A stretch of DNA of 64,000 nucleotides, taken from IMG/VR virus record IMGVR_UViG_3300026159_000398, one strand, 5' to 3'. A program made the translations under genes and the position numbers. Shown in pieces: positions 1-8,709 of the stretch (position 1 is the stretch's first letter; every line of letters starts with the position of its first letter). The DNA is from a virus. Lineage: Duplodnaviria; Caudoviricetes. The notes beneath the pieces were generated by a model that was given only the letters and a program-made list of their open reading frames with translations, was not told where the DNA came from and made no database searches.

Positions 1-1
1 A

Positions 2-94
2 GAAATTTCAGTTCAAATTAAAATTTCACAATACAAAATTAGACGTCTTTTAAAAGAACAAGATATTTACTTCGATTCACGGAATCCGAGATAA
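2..94 (+). CDS. 3' end of a gene entering from the left edge; HTH-like C-terminus, possibly a homing endonuclease
   Basis: Open frame EISVQIKISQYKIRRLLKEQDIYFDSRNPR* ending TAA at 92-94; resembles the C-terminal HTH tails of the HEGs at 28896 and 58853. Confidence 0.35.
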   Translation, partial: EISVQIKISQYKIRRLLKEQDIYFDSRNPR

Positions 95-205
95 ATTTTG
101 ACTTTAAACATGTACAGGAGAAAATTCAAGATGAGATCAATCGCCAAATCAATTAAAGACACCATAATATTTTGTGTAAAAGTGTTTTCTTGGGCTATAA
201 AAAAA

Positions 206-505
206 TCATTTTCCTGATTTTTCATGTTCAATTTCTTTCTCCATTGCTTCAAGTTTGTCGTAATATGAGACTGGCCATGATTCTGCAATATGGTCAAGAG
301 CAATACGTTCTGAAATTTCTTTATTATTTGTGTGCTCAAATTCTACTTTTATACCTTTTTCCAATTCTTTAAGAAATTGTTCTTGTGGTTGAAAATCTTC
401 TTTTGATTTTCCGCTAGCAATAAATTTTCCTGCGGCAACGAAGTCTGCTTTGAAATCGACGTTTAATTCTTTTACGTCTTCAATGTATTCTCTAAATGTC
501 TTCAT
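206..505 (-). CDS. Tagged putative internal head protein with DUF5661-like domain
   Basis: Start reassigned to MKTFREYIED; C-terminal GIKVEFEHT...IALDHIAE...YYDKLEAME matches the DUF5661 pattern as recalled. Confidence 0.7.
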   Translation of the reverse strand: MKTFREYIEDVKELNVDFKADFVAAGKFIASGKSKEDFQPQEQFLKELEKGIKVEFEHTNNKEISERIALDHIAESWPVSYYDKLEAMEKEIEHEKSGK

Positions 506-680
506 TATATTCACCAGTTTCTGGGTTTTTTTGTATAGTTCTTTTAAATCCACATTGAGTACATTTAAATGTTGTTCCAAATGTGTTGTCCATCGTTTTT
601 TTATTTTTAGCACCACATTTTTGGCAAAATTCATTTGAAGATTTTTTTACATCTTCAAGATATTCTTTAAATGTCTTCAT
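492..680 (-). CDS. Tagged small zinc-ribbon protein
   Basis: Starts MKTFKEYLED (ATGA overlap with upstream stop); CQKC...CTQC. Confidence 0.75.
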   Translation of the reverse strand: MKTFKEYLEDVKKSSNEFCQKCGAKNKKTMDNTFGTTFKCTQCGFKRTIQKNPETGEYNEDI

Positions 681-997
681 TTCTTTGGTACCCATTTGGA
701 AAAATGTTCATCGCATTGTTCGCACATTTTTGTCAATGCATTTTCACGTAAACACGTTTTGCAACTCTTTTTAGCTGATTGTGGAATATTAACTTTGGCC
801 TCAAGATAATCCTTTTCCTCGTTTCTTTCTTGAAAAGCTTGTGTCATATAATGACCAAAATTATTTTCTTCTTGGATTGATTTATCCCATCCTTTTTCCC
901 AAATCCATTTCCATTTTTCAGGAGTATTGGCTTTTGTTTTATAAATGCCTCTTTTGGCATAAATCATCTTTTGTTGTTGTCTACTTTTTGGTGGCAT
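677..997 (-). CDS. Hypothetical protein with C-terminal CxxC pairs
   Basis: 106 aa ORF in the coupled array; CKTC, CEQC. Confidence 0.65.
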   Translation of the reverse strand: MPPKSRQQQKMIYAKRGIYKTKANTPEKWKWIWEKGWDKSIQEENNFGHYMTQAFQERNEEKDYLEAKVNIPQSAKKSCKTCLRENALTKMCEQCDEHFSKWVPKK

Positions 998-1009
998 AAT
1001 ATACTTCCG

Positions 1010-1246
1010 TTATTTTAAATAACCTTCAAATTTTCCTGGTTGTCTATGAATTTTATTAGCTTGATCAATTATAGCATCAAGATTATTTTTATTCTTTTTA
1101 ATCCACATTGGAAATGTCTCATCCAATTTTCCATGCGCCATCAAATAGTAATAAAGATTTCGAAGCAATTCATATTCTTCTGTGTCTTCTTGAGAAAGAT
1201 TTTCATCTTTATATGGGTCGCTTGTGTAACGTTCAGATATTTGCAT
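1010..1246 (-). CDS. Hypothetical protein
   Basis: 78 aa ORF, TAATG-coupled to the upstream gene. Confidence 0.65.
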   Translation of the reverse strand: MQISERYTSDPYKDENLSQEDTEEYELLRNLYYYLMAHGKLDETFPMWIKKNKNNLDAIIDQANKIHRQPGKFEGYLK

Positions 1247-2054
1247 TATTTTACTCTTTTAGTAAAGTGTTTTTGCATTCCTTCATGAATATAATCTGCT
1301 GCCCAACCAGCGACGTCTTCAATACCTTCAGATTTCAAAAATGCTTTTTCTTTCTTGGTATCTAGGTCAAAGTCGTGTCTTGACGCATACATGTCATACG
1401 CAACATCCCATGCAGCAGAACCAGCCCATTGGTTGAATTGGTCTTCCATATCTTCTTTGCTGAGTTTTTGTTGTTCAAGTTCGTATAATTGGTCACCAGC
1501 CATGTCAAAACCCATGCTTTCCATGGCTTTTTTGATTTTATCTATTGACATTCCTTTAAATTTTGCTTTGTCTTCTTTTTCTCTGCGTGCTTTGTCACGT
1601 TGCCAAGATCTTTCAAGTTTTTCATCATCTTCAACTTCTTTAAGACGTTTAGATATTTATTTGCAACACCTTCAGTTTTACGTTCTTCTTTGGCAAATTC
1701 TTCCTTATCTTTGGCTTTTTCTTTTGCTCGACGTTCAGGTTTTACAGTGGTCTTACTGAGGTATTTTTTCATCAATGGACTCCAACCTTCACGAGCATCC
1801 ATTGCTTCCCATGCTTCACAAGTACTGACAATGTCTTTAAGTTCTGCAAGAGAATCACCAGCAGAAATAAAAAGATCTTCAGTAACAGGATGGTAGACGT
1901 CATCGCGCGCCACGACAGCATCAAGATCTGCATCTTTGGCTATCTCATCAAGCCATTTGAGCATCTCATCTTTGCTTTCAAATGTCGGGACCTTTATGGT
2001 CTCATTAAGTCCAGAGCTTTTGGCTCGCTCAAAATATTCTTTAAACTTTCCCAT
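1246..2054 (-). CDS. Tagged hypothetical protein split by a -1 frameshift near 1657 (ORFs 1542-2054 and 1246-1551)
   Basis: Starts MGKFKEYFER; the -1 frame after AATAAA reads ISKRLKEVEDDEKLERSWQRDKARREKEDKAKFKG straight into MSIDK of ORF 1246-1551. Confidence 0.6.
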
Positions 2055-2293
2055 TAGTTAACCTCATATTCATGTACTAAACCGGCTATTTTGTTTGCTC
2101 TATATGATTTATATCGCTGATTATTAAATTTTTCATCAATGAGTGTTTCTGCATATTTTAAAGCAGCTTCTTTATTAAAGAAAATTTTATCTATAAAATC
2201 AGAAAGAAATGCATTATCTCTTTCAGCATATTGGTTTTCTACGATATAAATTTTATTTTTTGTTTCTTCTAAATATTCTTTAAATTGTCCCAT
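2054..2293 (-). CDS. Tagged small hypothetical protein
   Basis: Start reassigned to MGQFKEYLEE; TAATG overlaps at both ends. Confidence 0.75.
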   Translation of the reverse strand: MGQFKEYLEETKNKIYIVENQYAERDNAFLSDFIDKIFFNKEAALKYAETLIDEKFNNQRYKSYRANKIAGLVHEYEVN

Positions 2294-2652
2294 TAGGCTC
2301 TCTCCATTGTTCCTTGACGACCACATTCTGGGCACTCTACCCAATCCCAATCTTCTTCGTCTATTTCATCATCAGGAATATTATGTTCTTTTGGGTCAAG
2401 TTCATCAAAATGCCCACATTTACTGCATTTCAATGTTATTTTTTGTGATGCTTCTTCGGTAATTGGCTTCCAATTACCAAGTTTTCCTGGCTTGCATTTC
2501 TCGCATGTAGTTTCGTCTTGCTCATTTTTGTGTGTTGCAGTTTCGCCACAAAACATGCATTTACCTGATGACGCACGATTCGTCATGGTTTTTTCTATTG
2601 CATTATTTTTAGCTTGTCGTGACGCTTCTAAATATTCTTTAAATTTACTCAT
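2293..2652 (-). CDS. Tagged protein with two zinc ribbons
   Basis: MSKFKEYLEA start with AAGGAG RBS at 2652; four CxxC motifs; an in-frame upstream tag copy starts at 2730. Confidence 0.75.
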   Translation of the reverse strand: MSKFKEYLEASRQAKNNAIEKTMTNRASSGKCMFCGETATHKNEQDETTCEKCKPGKLGNWKPITEEASQKITLKCSKCGHFDELDPKEHNIPDDEIDEEDWDWVECPECGRQGTMERA

Positions 2653-2729
2653 ATAATTCTCCTTATTTTTTAAGCCATTCTTCGACTCGATCTTTGACAC
2701 AGACTCTAAATATTCTTTAAATTTACTCA

Positions 2730-3287
2730 TTATTTTTTACCTCTATAAATTCCAGGTATTTCACGTTTCATCATGCCCATACCTTCTTTAATTGACTCAA
2801 TTACTTTATCTGCCCCAGGCTGACCAGCTCCAACAAATATTCCGTCAGGAGTATAATCACGAACTTCGTTTACGCCTTTAATTTTTTTTTGCGTAGCGTA
2901 AGAACCATCAGGATTTTTCATAGTCATTTGTGGGCCGCCTGATGCATGTTCATACTCAAACTTGCCGCCTTTCTTGCGTTTAAGTTTTCGAATTGTACCA
3001 ACATGATTAGGTGCTACAAAATTCGCAGTTGAAATTGTAGAACCACCAGCTGGAGCAGCTTCTTCAACATATTCACCCTTTTGAATTTTATCAAGGCGAT
3101 GTTGCACCGAACGAAGTTCTTGATTATAAAGAGCTTCATCACCACGATGAAATGGATTTCCTTCCCAAATGATTTCAGATTCTTTTTCATCAACAATAGC
3201 CAATTGAATATGATGTTGATCATATTCAAATGTTTTTATTGTTAATTTGTTTTGTGCAATTTCAAGATATTCTTTGAATCTGCTCAT
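2730..3287 (-). CDS. Tagged hypothetical protein
   Basis: MSRFKEYLEI start, 185 aa. Confidence 0.75.
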   Translation of the reverse strand: MSRFKEYLEIAQNKLTIKTFEYDQHHIQLAIVDEKESEIIWEGNPFHRGDEALYNQELRSVQHRLDKIQKGEYVEEAAPAGGSTISTANFVAPNHVGTIRKLKRKKGGKFEYEHASGGPQMTMKNPDGSYATQKKIKGVNEVRDYTPDGIFVGAGQPGADKVIESIKEGMGMMKREIPGIYRGKK

Positions 3288-3288
3288 T

Positions 3289-3504
3289 TTATTGTTCCTT
3301 TATTTCATATGAATCATCGTTTCTCATAGACTGATATTCATATTCATGATCAATCCATTTCTCTGCTTCGTTTTCTGTGTCAAAAGAAATAACAGGAATA
3401 GTGTATACATCATCATAATCTTTTACTTTTCTGACAACTAGAAACTTTTTATCTAGATTATTTTCATTTTTGACACTTTCCATATATTCTTTAAATCTAC
3501 TCAT
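3289..3504 (-). CDS. Tagged small hypothetical protein
   Basis: MSRFKEYMES start, ATGA overlap. Confidence 0.75.
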   Translation of the reverse strand: MSRFKEYMESVKNENNLDKKFLVVRKVKDYDDVYTIPVISFDTENEAEKWIDHEYEYQSMRNDDSYEIKEQ

Positions 3505-3737
3505 TTTTGTTTTCCTTCATGTGTATCGTGCGAATAATTTTTCCAAGCGGGGCATTCTTTACCGTCTTTTGTGCAATACATTTTATTATTCTTTTTGGAA
3601 TGCTTGCAGATGTTCCAGTAAATGTCAGCTTCGTCATCTTTGTTTTTGGCTATTTTGGCACCTTTATCACATTTAGAATAATCAGGCTGAAATTTTGAAA
3701 GTTGAACTGTTTCTAAATATTGATTGAACTTATTCAT
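3501..3737 (-). CDS. Tagged small Cys-containing protein
   Basis: Start reassigned to MNKFNQYLET. Confidence 0.75.
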   Translation of the reverse strand: MNKFNQYLETVQLSKFQPDYSKCDKGAKIAKNKDDEADIYWNICKHSKKNNKMYCTKDGKECPAWKNYSHDTHEGKQK

Positions 3738-3924
3738 GAGCTGCATACTCCATTATTTCATTTGCTGCCTGCTCAATTTTAGCAAGTACTTGAATTCCAG
3801 GAAAGCTTAAATCTTCATTATCACGAAGTGTATTACAATAACGTTGAATGAGGTCTGCAGCTTTGGCAATACTATTAGCCTGCATCTCATCCATTTTTTC
3901 GAAATATTCTTTAAATTTACTCAT
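3730..3924 (-). CDS. Tagged small hypothetical protein
   Basis: MSKFKEYFEK start, TAATG overlap. Confidence 0.75.
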   Translation of the reverse strand: MSKFKEYFEKMDEMQANSIAKAADLIQRYCNTLRDNEDLSFPGIQVLAKIEQAANEIMEYAAHE

Positions 3925-4166
3925 TACTTAATTCCTTTTGATTTTAACCAACGCTTTATGCCATGAGGATATCCATCATTGATTTCGGCGTTTGATTTAC
4001 ACATTGAATGATTGATTTTATTAAACCACTTTTTGCGACTTTCTTCTGACATATCTTTGTACTGAGGAAGCTCACTAAAAAGTTTGAACATTTTTTCCGC
4101 AGACATTCTATTAGCACCGGGTATTCGTTGCTTTGCTGCTTCAAGATATTGGTTAAATTTACTCAT
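3924..4166 (-). CDS. Tagged small hypothetical protein
   Basis: MSKFNQYLEA start. Confidence 0.75.
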   Translation of the reverse strand: MSKFNQYLEAAKQRIPGANRMSAEKMFKLFSELPQYKDMSEESRKKWFNKINHSMCKSNAEINDGYPHGIKRWLKSKGIK

Positions 4167-4168
4167 TG

Positions 4169-4930
4169 TTATTCATCCTCTAATTCGTTGATTTCCATAT
4201 GCAAAAAATTTCTCCAGTAAAAACCAAAGATATCCTTGAGAATTGGATCAATTTTATAACTTAATTCTTCATCTGTTTTTGGGATTGTAAAGTGGAAAAG
4301 AAATTCGTCACCTTCTTTTAATAAAATAACATCAACATTGAATTTCTTAATCATGGCGGCTTTAATTTTGTTTGCGTCGGTTCTAGTCATCTTTTTATTG
4401 CCGGCCCACAATTTTTTCTGACGAATCAACATTTCATAATATTGAGATGGGACTTCAGATTTTTTACCACCCATGTATTTGTCACCACGCATCTGACGTC
4501 CTTCATAACCAGCTTGGTCATGGCGTCCAGTCAATAATTCTTCCATCGCATAGTCAGGTTCCATAGTAAGCCATTCAGCAGCTTCATCAGCATCTTGGAA
4601 CATGTAGTAAGCCATGATATCGAGAAGTTTTCCACGAACTTTGCCACCATCTGAAGTTTCCCAAACTGTGAGGGTTTTATTTGGGTAATATGCGTAACCA
4701 CCGCCACTGAGACCTGCGCCTTTCTTCAATTCAGGAGTAAGTGCAAGAATAACATCATAAAGATCATCAACTGAAAATCCTTCAACAGCGCGTGACATCA
4801 TAATTTCTTTGATGACTCGTGGAGAACCGTAAGCACGCAATTGTTCAATGGCGTCTTTTATTACTTCGGCGTCGTATTCTTGTGGTTGACGCTTTTTAAG
4901 TGCCTCAAGATATGTATGTAATCTTCCCAT
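4169..4930 (-). CDS. Tagged hypothetical protein (~253 aa)
   Basis: Start reassigned to MGRLHTYLEA, 1 nt after the upstream stop. Confidence 0.75.
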   Translation of the reverse strand: MGRLHTYLEALKKRQPQEYDAEVIKDAIEQLRAYGSPRVIKEIMMSRAVEGFSVDDLYDVILALTPELKKGAGLSGGGYAYYPNKTLTVWETSDGGKVRGKLLDIMAYYMFQDADEAAEWLTMEPDYAMEELLTGRHDQAGYEGRQMRGDKYMGGKKSEVPSQYYEMLIRQKKLWAGNKKMTRTDANKIKAAMIKKFNVDVILLKEGDEFLFHFTIPKTDEELSYKIDPILKDIFGFYWRNFLHMEINELEDE

Positions 4931-4931
4931 G

Positions 4932-5144
4932 TTATTTTCCCATTTCACGAACTAATGTGGATATGCGAATCATATCCATTGTTTCAATACCATGTTTCTT
5001 TTGGAATTCTTTAATGACCACGGAAGGCGGTACATCAGCTTTGTCAATTTCTTTATTGAGTTGCTTTGCTAATTTCTTATGTTCTTCTGGAGTCAATCTA
5101 TGCTTTCCAGTTGCCATTCCCATATAATCACTGAATTTGCTCAT
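4932..5144 (-). CDS. Small protein with a degenerate tag
   Basis: MSKFSDYMGM start (lacks the Glu). Confidence 0.65.
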   Translation of the reverse strand: MSKFSDYMGMATGKHRLTPEEHKKLAKQLNKEIDKADVPPSVVIKEFQKKHGIETMDMIRISTLVREMGK

Positions 5145-5835
5145 TTGTTTTTTCCTCATTTAAAAATATATTACTCTTTTCGAACAAAGCAACCTTGTTA
5201 TTTCTGACGAAGTCTTTAAATTCTTCAACGTACCATGTATCACTGAAGCCAATAGACTGAAGTCTTTCTGGCGGGGTGTACTTGACTTTTACCATGGCCA
5301 ATGAATTCAATCCAGGAAAAACTTTCTCGAAATAAGTTTTGTTGTATACAATCCAGTTGCCTTGGTCTGTAATTTTCATGAACAAGAAACTGAGAGGCTC
5401 ACGCATTGGACGAGGATATTTTTCTTTGAAACAAAGGTAGGTCTCTGTGTCATAGCATATTTCATAGAGCCAACGTTCCAATTTTGCAGGTAGTTGTCCT
5501 TTTTCTAATTTCTTAAACGGAAAACCTGCATAATTCTTTGATTCAATGATGTAGCGGAATTTCAATTCGTATGGTGGGTAAATGTCTCCAATCATGCTCT
5601 CGAGTTGTTGTTCATTATACTTGTAGACTCGATCACGATTGGTCATACCAGTTCTGGCACCACTGTTGGGTATTCTTATAAATGAAAGTCCTGATTCTTC
5701 AGTCAAGAAATTCGCACAAAAACGCTCGCCATTTTTTCCTTTACGAATTGCAGAGCGAGCAACATCGCTTCTAGATTTTCCAGACTTTGTAGTCTTTGGC
5801 GCAAGCTTTTCAAATTTCTCGACATTCAAATTCAT
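5128..5835 (-). CDS. PD-(D/E)xK nuclease, Holliday-junction-resolvase-like
   Basis: KGKNGER...RIPNSGA...GDIY...IESKNY, the layout typical of phage Hjc-like resolvases. Confidence 0.7.
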   Translation of the reverse strand: MNLNVEKFEKLAPKTTKSGKSRSDVARSAIRKGKNGERFCANFLTEESGLSFIRIPNSGARTGMTNRDRVYKYNEQQLESMIGDIYPPYELKFRYIIESKNYAGFPFKKLEKGQLPAKLERWLYEICYDTETYLCFKEKYPRPMREPLSFLFMKITDQGNWIVYNKTYFEKVFPGLNSLAMVKVKYTPPERLQSIGFSDTWYVEEFKDFVRNNKVALFEKSNIFLNEEKTNEQIQ

Positions 5836-6056
5836 ACTTTATCCTCTCTCACATTTGGGTCCTTTAGTTGTGGAAACACTCTTGGAGCGTCCATCAACGA
5901 AAGACAATCTTCTGCTTCTTTAATGATTTGTTCTAAATAATAAATAATATCATTACGCTTCATTTTTTCGCCGTCGCGAATGATAATTTCTGCTGATTTA
6001 ATTAAAATTGAAATTCTAGATAAAACTGCCTTCGGTATAGATTGTAGTGCTCTCAT
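5832..6056 (-). CDS. Hypothetical protein
   Basis: 74 aa ORF, ATGA-coupled. Confidence 0.6.
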   Translation of the reverse strand: MRALQSIPKAVLSRISILIKSAEIIIRDGEKMKRNDIIYYLEQIIKEAEDCLSLMDAPRVFPQLKDPNVREDKV

Positions 6057-6313
6057 AGTATTGCTATTGCCTCATTCTCTTTCTGAAACATTGCAAATTT
6101 TCGTGAATCCATCATATCACGAATCCAATCATTCATTCTATTAACAATATCTTCGCGAACCAATAATTCTTGTCTTTTATCAAGAGGTATAAGTCTAAAT
6201 TTATTTATTTCAGTTATGATTTCGGTTGGAGTATCACCTTGAATAAATAAATTCTCATACTCATAATCAATCACGACCTCCATTGATTCAGTTTGAGTTG
6301 TAAAAACTAGCAT
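6053..6313 (-). CDS. Hypothetical protein
   Basis: 86 aa ORF with GGAG RBS. Confidence 0.6.
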   Translation of the reverse strand: MLVFTTQTESMEVVIDYEYENLFIQGDTPTEIITEINKFRLIPLDKRQELLVREDIVNRMNDWIRDMMDSRKFAMFQKENEAIAIL

Positions 6314-6321
6314 GGGGTCTC

Positions 6322-7095
6322 CTACGAAAGTTTATCTTTTGCTTTCTCCGTGATATTTTCAAGCTTATGAACAAATGATTTTGGATTTACGAATGTCTTT
6401 TTGATAATTTCATTTTTAATTTGTTCTTTGACTTCCATAATTTCATTCTTTTCAAGCTCACCACTGAGTTTGAAGCGAATCTGTCTTGGCTGCCAAAGTG
6501 AAGTAACAATTTTGACTGCGGCACGGTCAGTATCAGGAGATTTATCTGCATTGACTGTGTTTAAAATTTTACGGCCAGAAACCGGATTAGAAAGTTCCAA
6601 AACAAAAATAATAGAACCATCTTCTTGACCTTCTTCAAAATAGCCACGAAGCAAATAAAAATTTGCACTATGACCTTTAAAATCAAATTGTTTAAAGTAT
6701 GGATTTTGAATGGTATTATTGATGAGCCACTTTTTTGATTTGGTAAAGTTGCCATCAATCCATTTGTTCCACGGCTTAAATGGGTGATTTAATTTAACAG
6801 AAAAGAATTTAGTTCCAGCTTGATTGCGAAGGTCAAAAAAACCTGTCAGAATTTTTGGTGGCAGGTTTGTATTGGTTAATTCTTCACCATCAACCATGAA
6901 ATATTTTTCAAGAATATTTTCGAATGCGGTCCCAAGTTCTTTGGTGTCTTTTCCTGCTTTCAATTTCATGTAGAGTGAATGATAAATAACCGTATTGGCG
7001 TGCATTTTTTCTTGCTTTGAAAGTGATCGTAAAGACATGGCACCGCCAGATACACCCATTCTGGCGTCTTCAATGTATGTTAAATATTCTTTCAT
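6322..7095 (-). CDS. Tagged protein, possible restriction-endonuclease-like fold
   Basis: MKEYLTYIED start; LGTAFE...FFDL...FFSVK spacing. Confidence 0.55.
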   Translation of the reverse strand: MKEYLTYIEDARMGVSGGAMSLRSLSKQEKMHANTVIYHSLYMKLKAGKDTKELGTAFENILEKYFMVDGEELTNTNLPPKILTGFFDLRNQAGTKFFSVKLNHPFKPWNKWIDGNFTKSKKWLINNTIQNPYFKQFDFKGHSANFYLLRGYFEEGQEDGSIIFVLELSNPVSGRKILNTVNADKSPDTDRAAVKIVTSLWQPRQIRFKLSGELEKNEIMEVKEQIKNEIIKKTFVNPKSFVHKLENITEKAKDKLS

Positions 7096-7349
7096 CTTTC
7101 CATCTCTTGATCAATAAGTTGTTGACGATATGCACGATGACGCTTTTTAATGGCATCACGTTTTGCAAAATGTTCCTTTTCTGCTTCTTTGGGATCTTTT
7201 TGAATTGTTTGTGATGAACCAAACCCAGTACAAGTTGGACATTGATAACGTGTACTATAAATATTATCATGTTCTATTTTCATATCTTGACCACATTTGG
7301 CACATTGTTTTGATTTTACAACTTCAAGATATTGTTCAAATTTATTCAT
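7092..7349 (-). CDS. Tagged small zinc-ribbon protein
   Basis: MNKFEQYLEV; CAKC...CPTC...TIQKDP, paralogous to 492-680. Confidence 0.75.
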   Translation of the reverse strand: MNKFEQYLEVVKSKQCAKCGQDMKIEHDNIYSTRYQCPTCTGFGSSQTIQKDPKEAEKEHFAKRDAIKKRHRAYRQQLIDQEMER

Positions 7350-7687
7350 GACATATTGTCCATTAGGATGATGGTTTTGCCTTGATCTTTTGCTTGTTGA
7401 ATAGCTTCGGTCATTGAGAAACTTTCATTTGGTTTTCCATAATACATTGCGTCTTTATTGTCATGAAGCCAACGTTGCATCAAGAGACTTTTGCGAGTGT
7501 ATTCATCAGAACCAATTTTAGTAGCTGATTTTACAGCAATGTCCACGTCTTTGACGTACTTTGTAGTCTCAATAAACTTATTGAAGTCCCACATGCCAAC
7601 AATTTTGATGCCATCACGCACAGTGTATGGAGGAAAATCAGGCTTCTTGGCTTTTGCAGCCTCAAAATAGTCATTAAAACGTGACAT
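7346..7687 (-). CDS. Tagged hypothetical protein
   Basis: MSRFNDYFEA start. Confidence 0.75.
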   Translation of the reverse strand: MSRFNDYFEAAKAKKPDFPPYTVRDGIKIVGMWDFNKFIETTKYVKDVDIAVKSATKIGSDEYTRKSLLMQRWLHDNKDAMYYGKPNESFSMTEAIQQAKDQGKTIILMDNMS

Positions 7688-7845
7688 TATTTTTTTTCCT
7701 TATTTTCTTTGTTTTCACGAACGAGTTTGGACAGACTTGATTCTTCAACGAAAACTTTGTCACTCATACCAACGAGAACTTCGTTAGTCTTTTTGTCAAG
7801 GTCTTCTTTTTTATGTCCAAAGTATCTTACAGCATTCCACAACAT
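7687..7845 (-). CDS. Small hypothetical protein (52 aa, below the ORF-track cutoff)
   Basis: AAGGAG RBS, MLWNAVRYFGHKKEDL..., TAATG overlap with the next gene. Confidence 0.6.
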   Translation of the reverse strand: MLWNAVRYFGHKKEDLDKKTNEVLVGMSDKVFVEESSLSKLVRENKENKEKK

Positions 7846-7857
7846 AGTCTTTACTCC

Positions 7858-8709
7858 TTAGATAATATCGTCTTCTTTTGCTGCCTTGACGAGGTCTTGC
7901 ATGCTTTTGAATATATTTAATTGTTTAGTTAATAGTTCTTGCTTTTTTTTCTTCTGCGCGCGATCGTATGCAATGATTCCAGCAAACGTGAGAGGCACCC
8001 AGTTCTTTTTGGCTTTGGCTTTTAGCAATCCACCAAAATCATTTATAACCACTTTAATGGTTCTGTCACCTGCCCAGGTAATTTCTTTTTTAAGTGACGT
8101 GACATTCTCAATACCAATTGCATTGCTCAATTGCTTTGAAAGTGCAGAACCTCTGCCCATCATTTCAGAAATAGTTTTTAAGACTTCCTTCTGAATATCA
8201 AATGAACGTTCATATATGAGAATGTATGGCAACGGTTTTTCAAAATAAATCTCTGCTGTTTCTCTAGTAATATTATTTCCTGAATGCTTGACATGAATGT
8301 AACCATTGCTGACATAACGATCAAGAATACTTTTCATTCTGAATCCAACTTCAGCATCAATCAAAAGGAATGGCAATTTATCAGATGACATTTTGCAGCG
8401 CACATCTATTATTTTCCATGAATACAAATCGTATGGAACTTCGAACCACCCTTTGGTATGAAAAATATTGAGGATGTCTTTTTTATCAGAATCAGTCAAA
8501 TTCGATTTGATGTAGGCTTTCATTTTCTGAAGCTGATAAAGTTGGTTGATGTTGAGTTCAGTGTACCACAAAAGTTCATTGAATTCTTTCACACAATGTT
8601 GTTCGATCTTTTTTGAGGTCGTCTGAACTTCCAAAAAAACGGGGTAGGTCACTATCCCGTTCTCAATTCGCTTCGTGGCCGATTTGATGTTGTATTGGTT
8701 TAGCTTCAC
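7858..8709 (-). CDS. Hypothetical protein (283 aa)
   Basis: Long ORF; GTG start overlaps the upstream stop. Confidence 0.7.
   Translation of the reverse strand: MKLNQYNIKSATKRIENGIVTYPVFLEVQTTSKKIEQHCVKEFNELLWYTELNINQLYQLQKMKAYIKSNLTDSDKKDILNIFHTKGWFEVPYDLYSWKIIDVRCKMSSDKLPFLLIDAEVGFRMKSILDRYVSNGYIHVKHSGNNITRETAEIYFEKPLPYILIYERSFDIQKEVLKTISEMMGRGSALSKQLSNAIGIENVTSLKKEITWAGDRTIKVVINDFGGLLKAKAKKNWVPLTFAGIIAYDRAQKKKKQELLTKQLNIFKSMQDLVKAAKEDDII

Noticed and set aside
95-209. Minus-strand frame MIFYSPRKHFYTKYYGVFN*FGD*SHLEF that would read through if TGA coded Trp (alternative genetic code)
   Set aside because: Many clear genes end in TGA (gp46, ATGA overlaps) and use TGG for Trp; core genes are intact in the standard code
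2054-4166. Repeated 26-nt sequence with variable spacers resembling a CRISPR array
   Set aside because: The repeats are the coding starts of ORFs, the spacers are 50-530 nt open frames, and no cas genes are present
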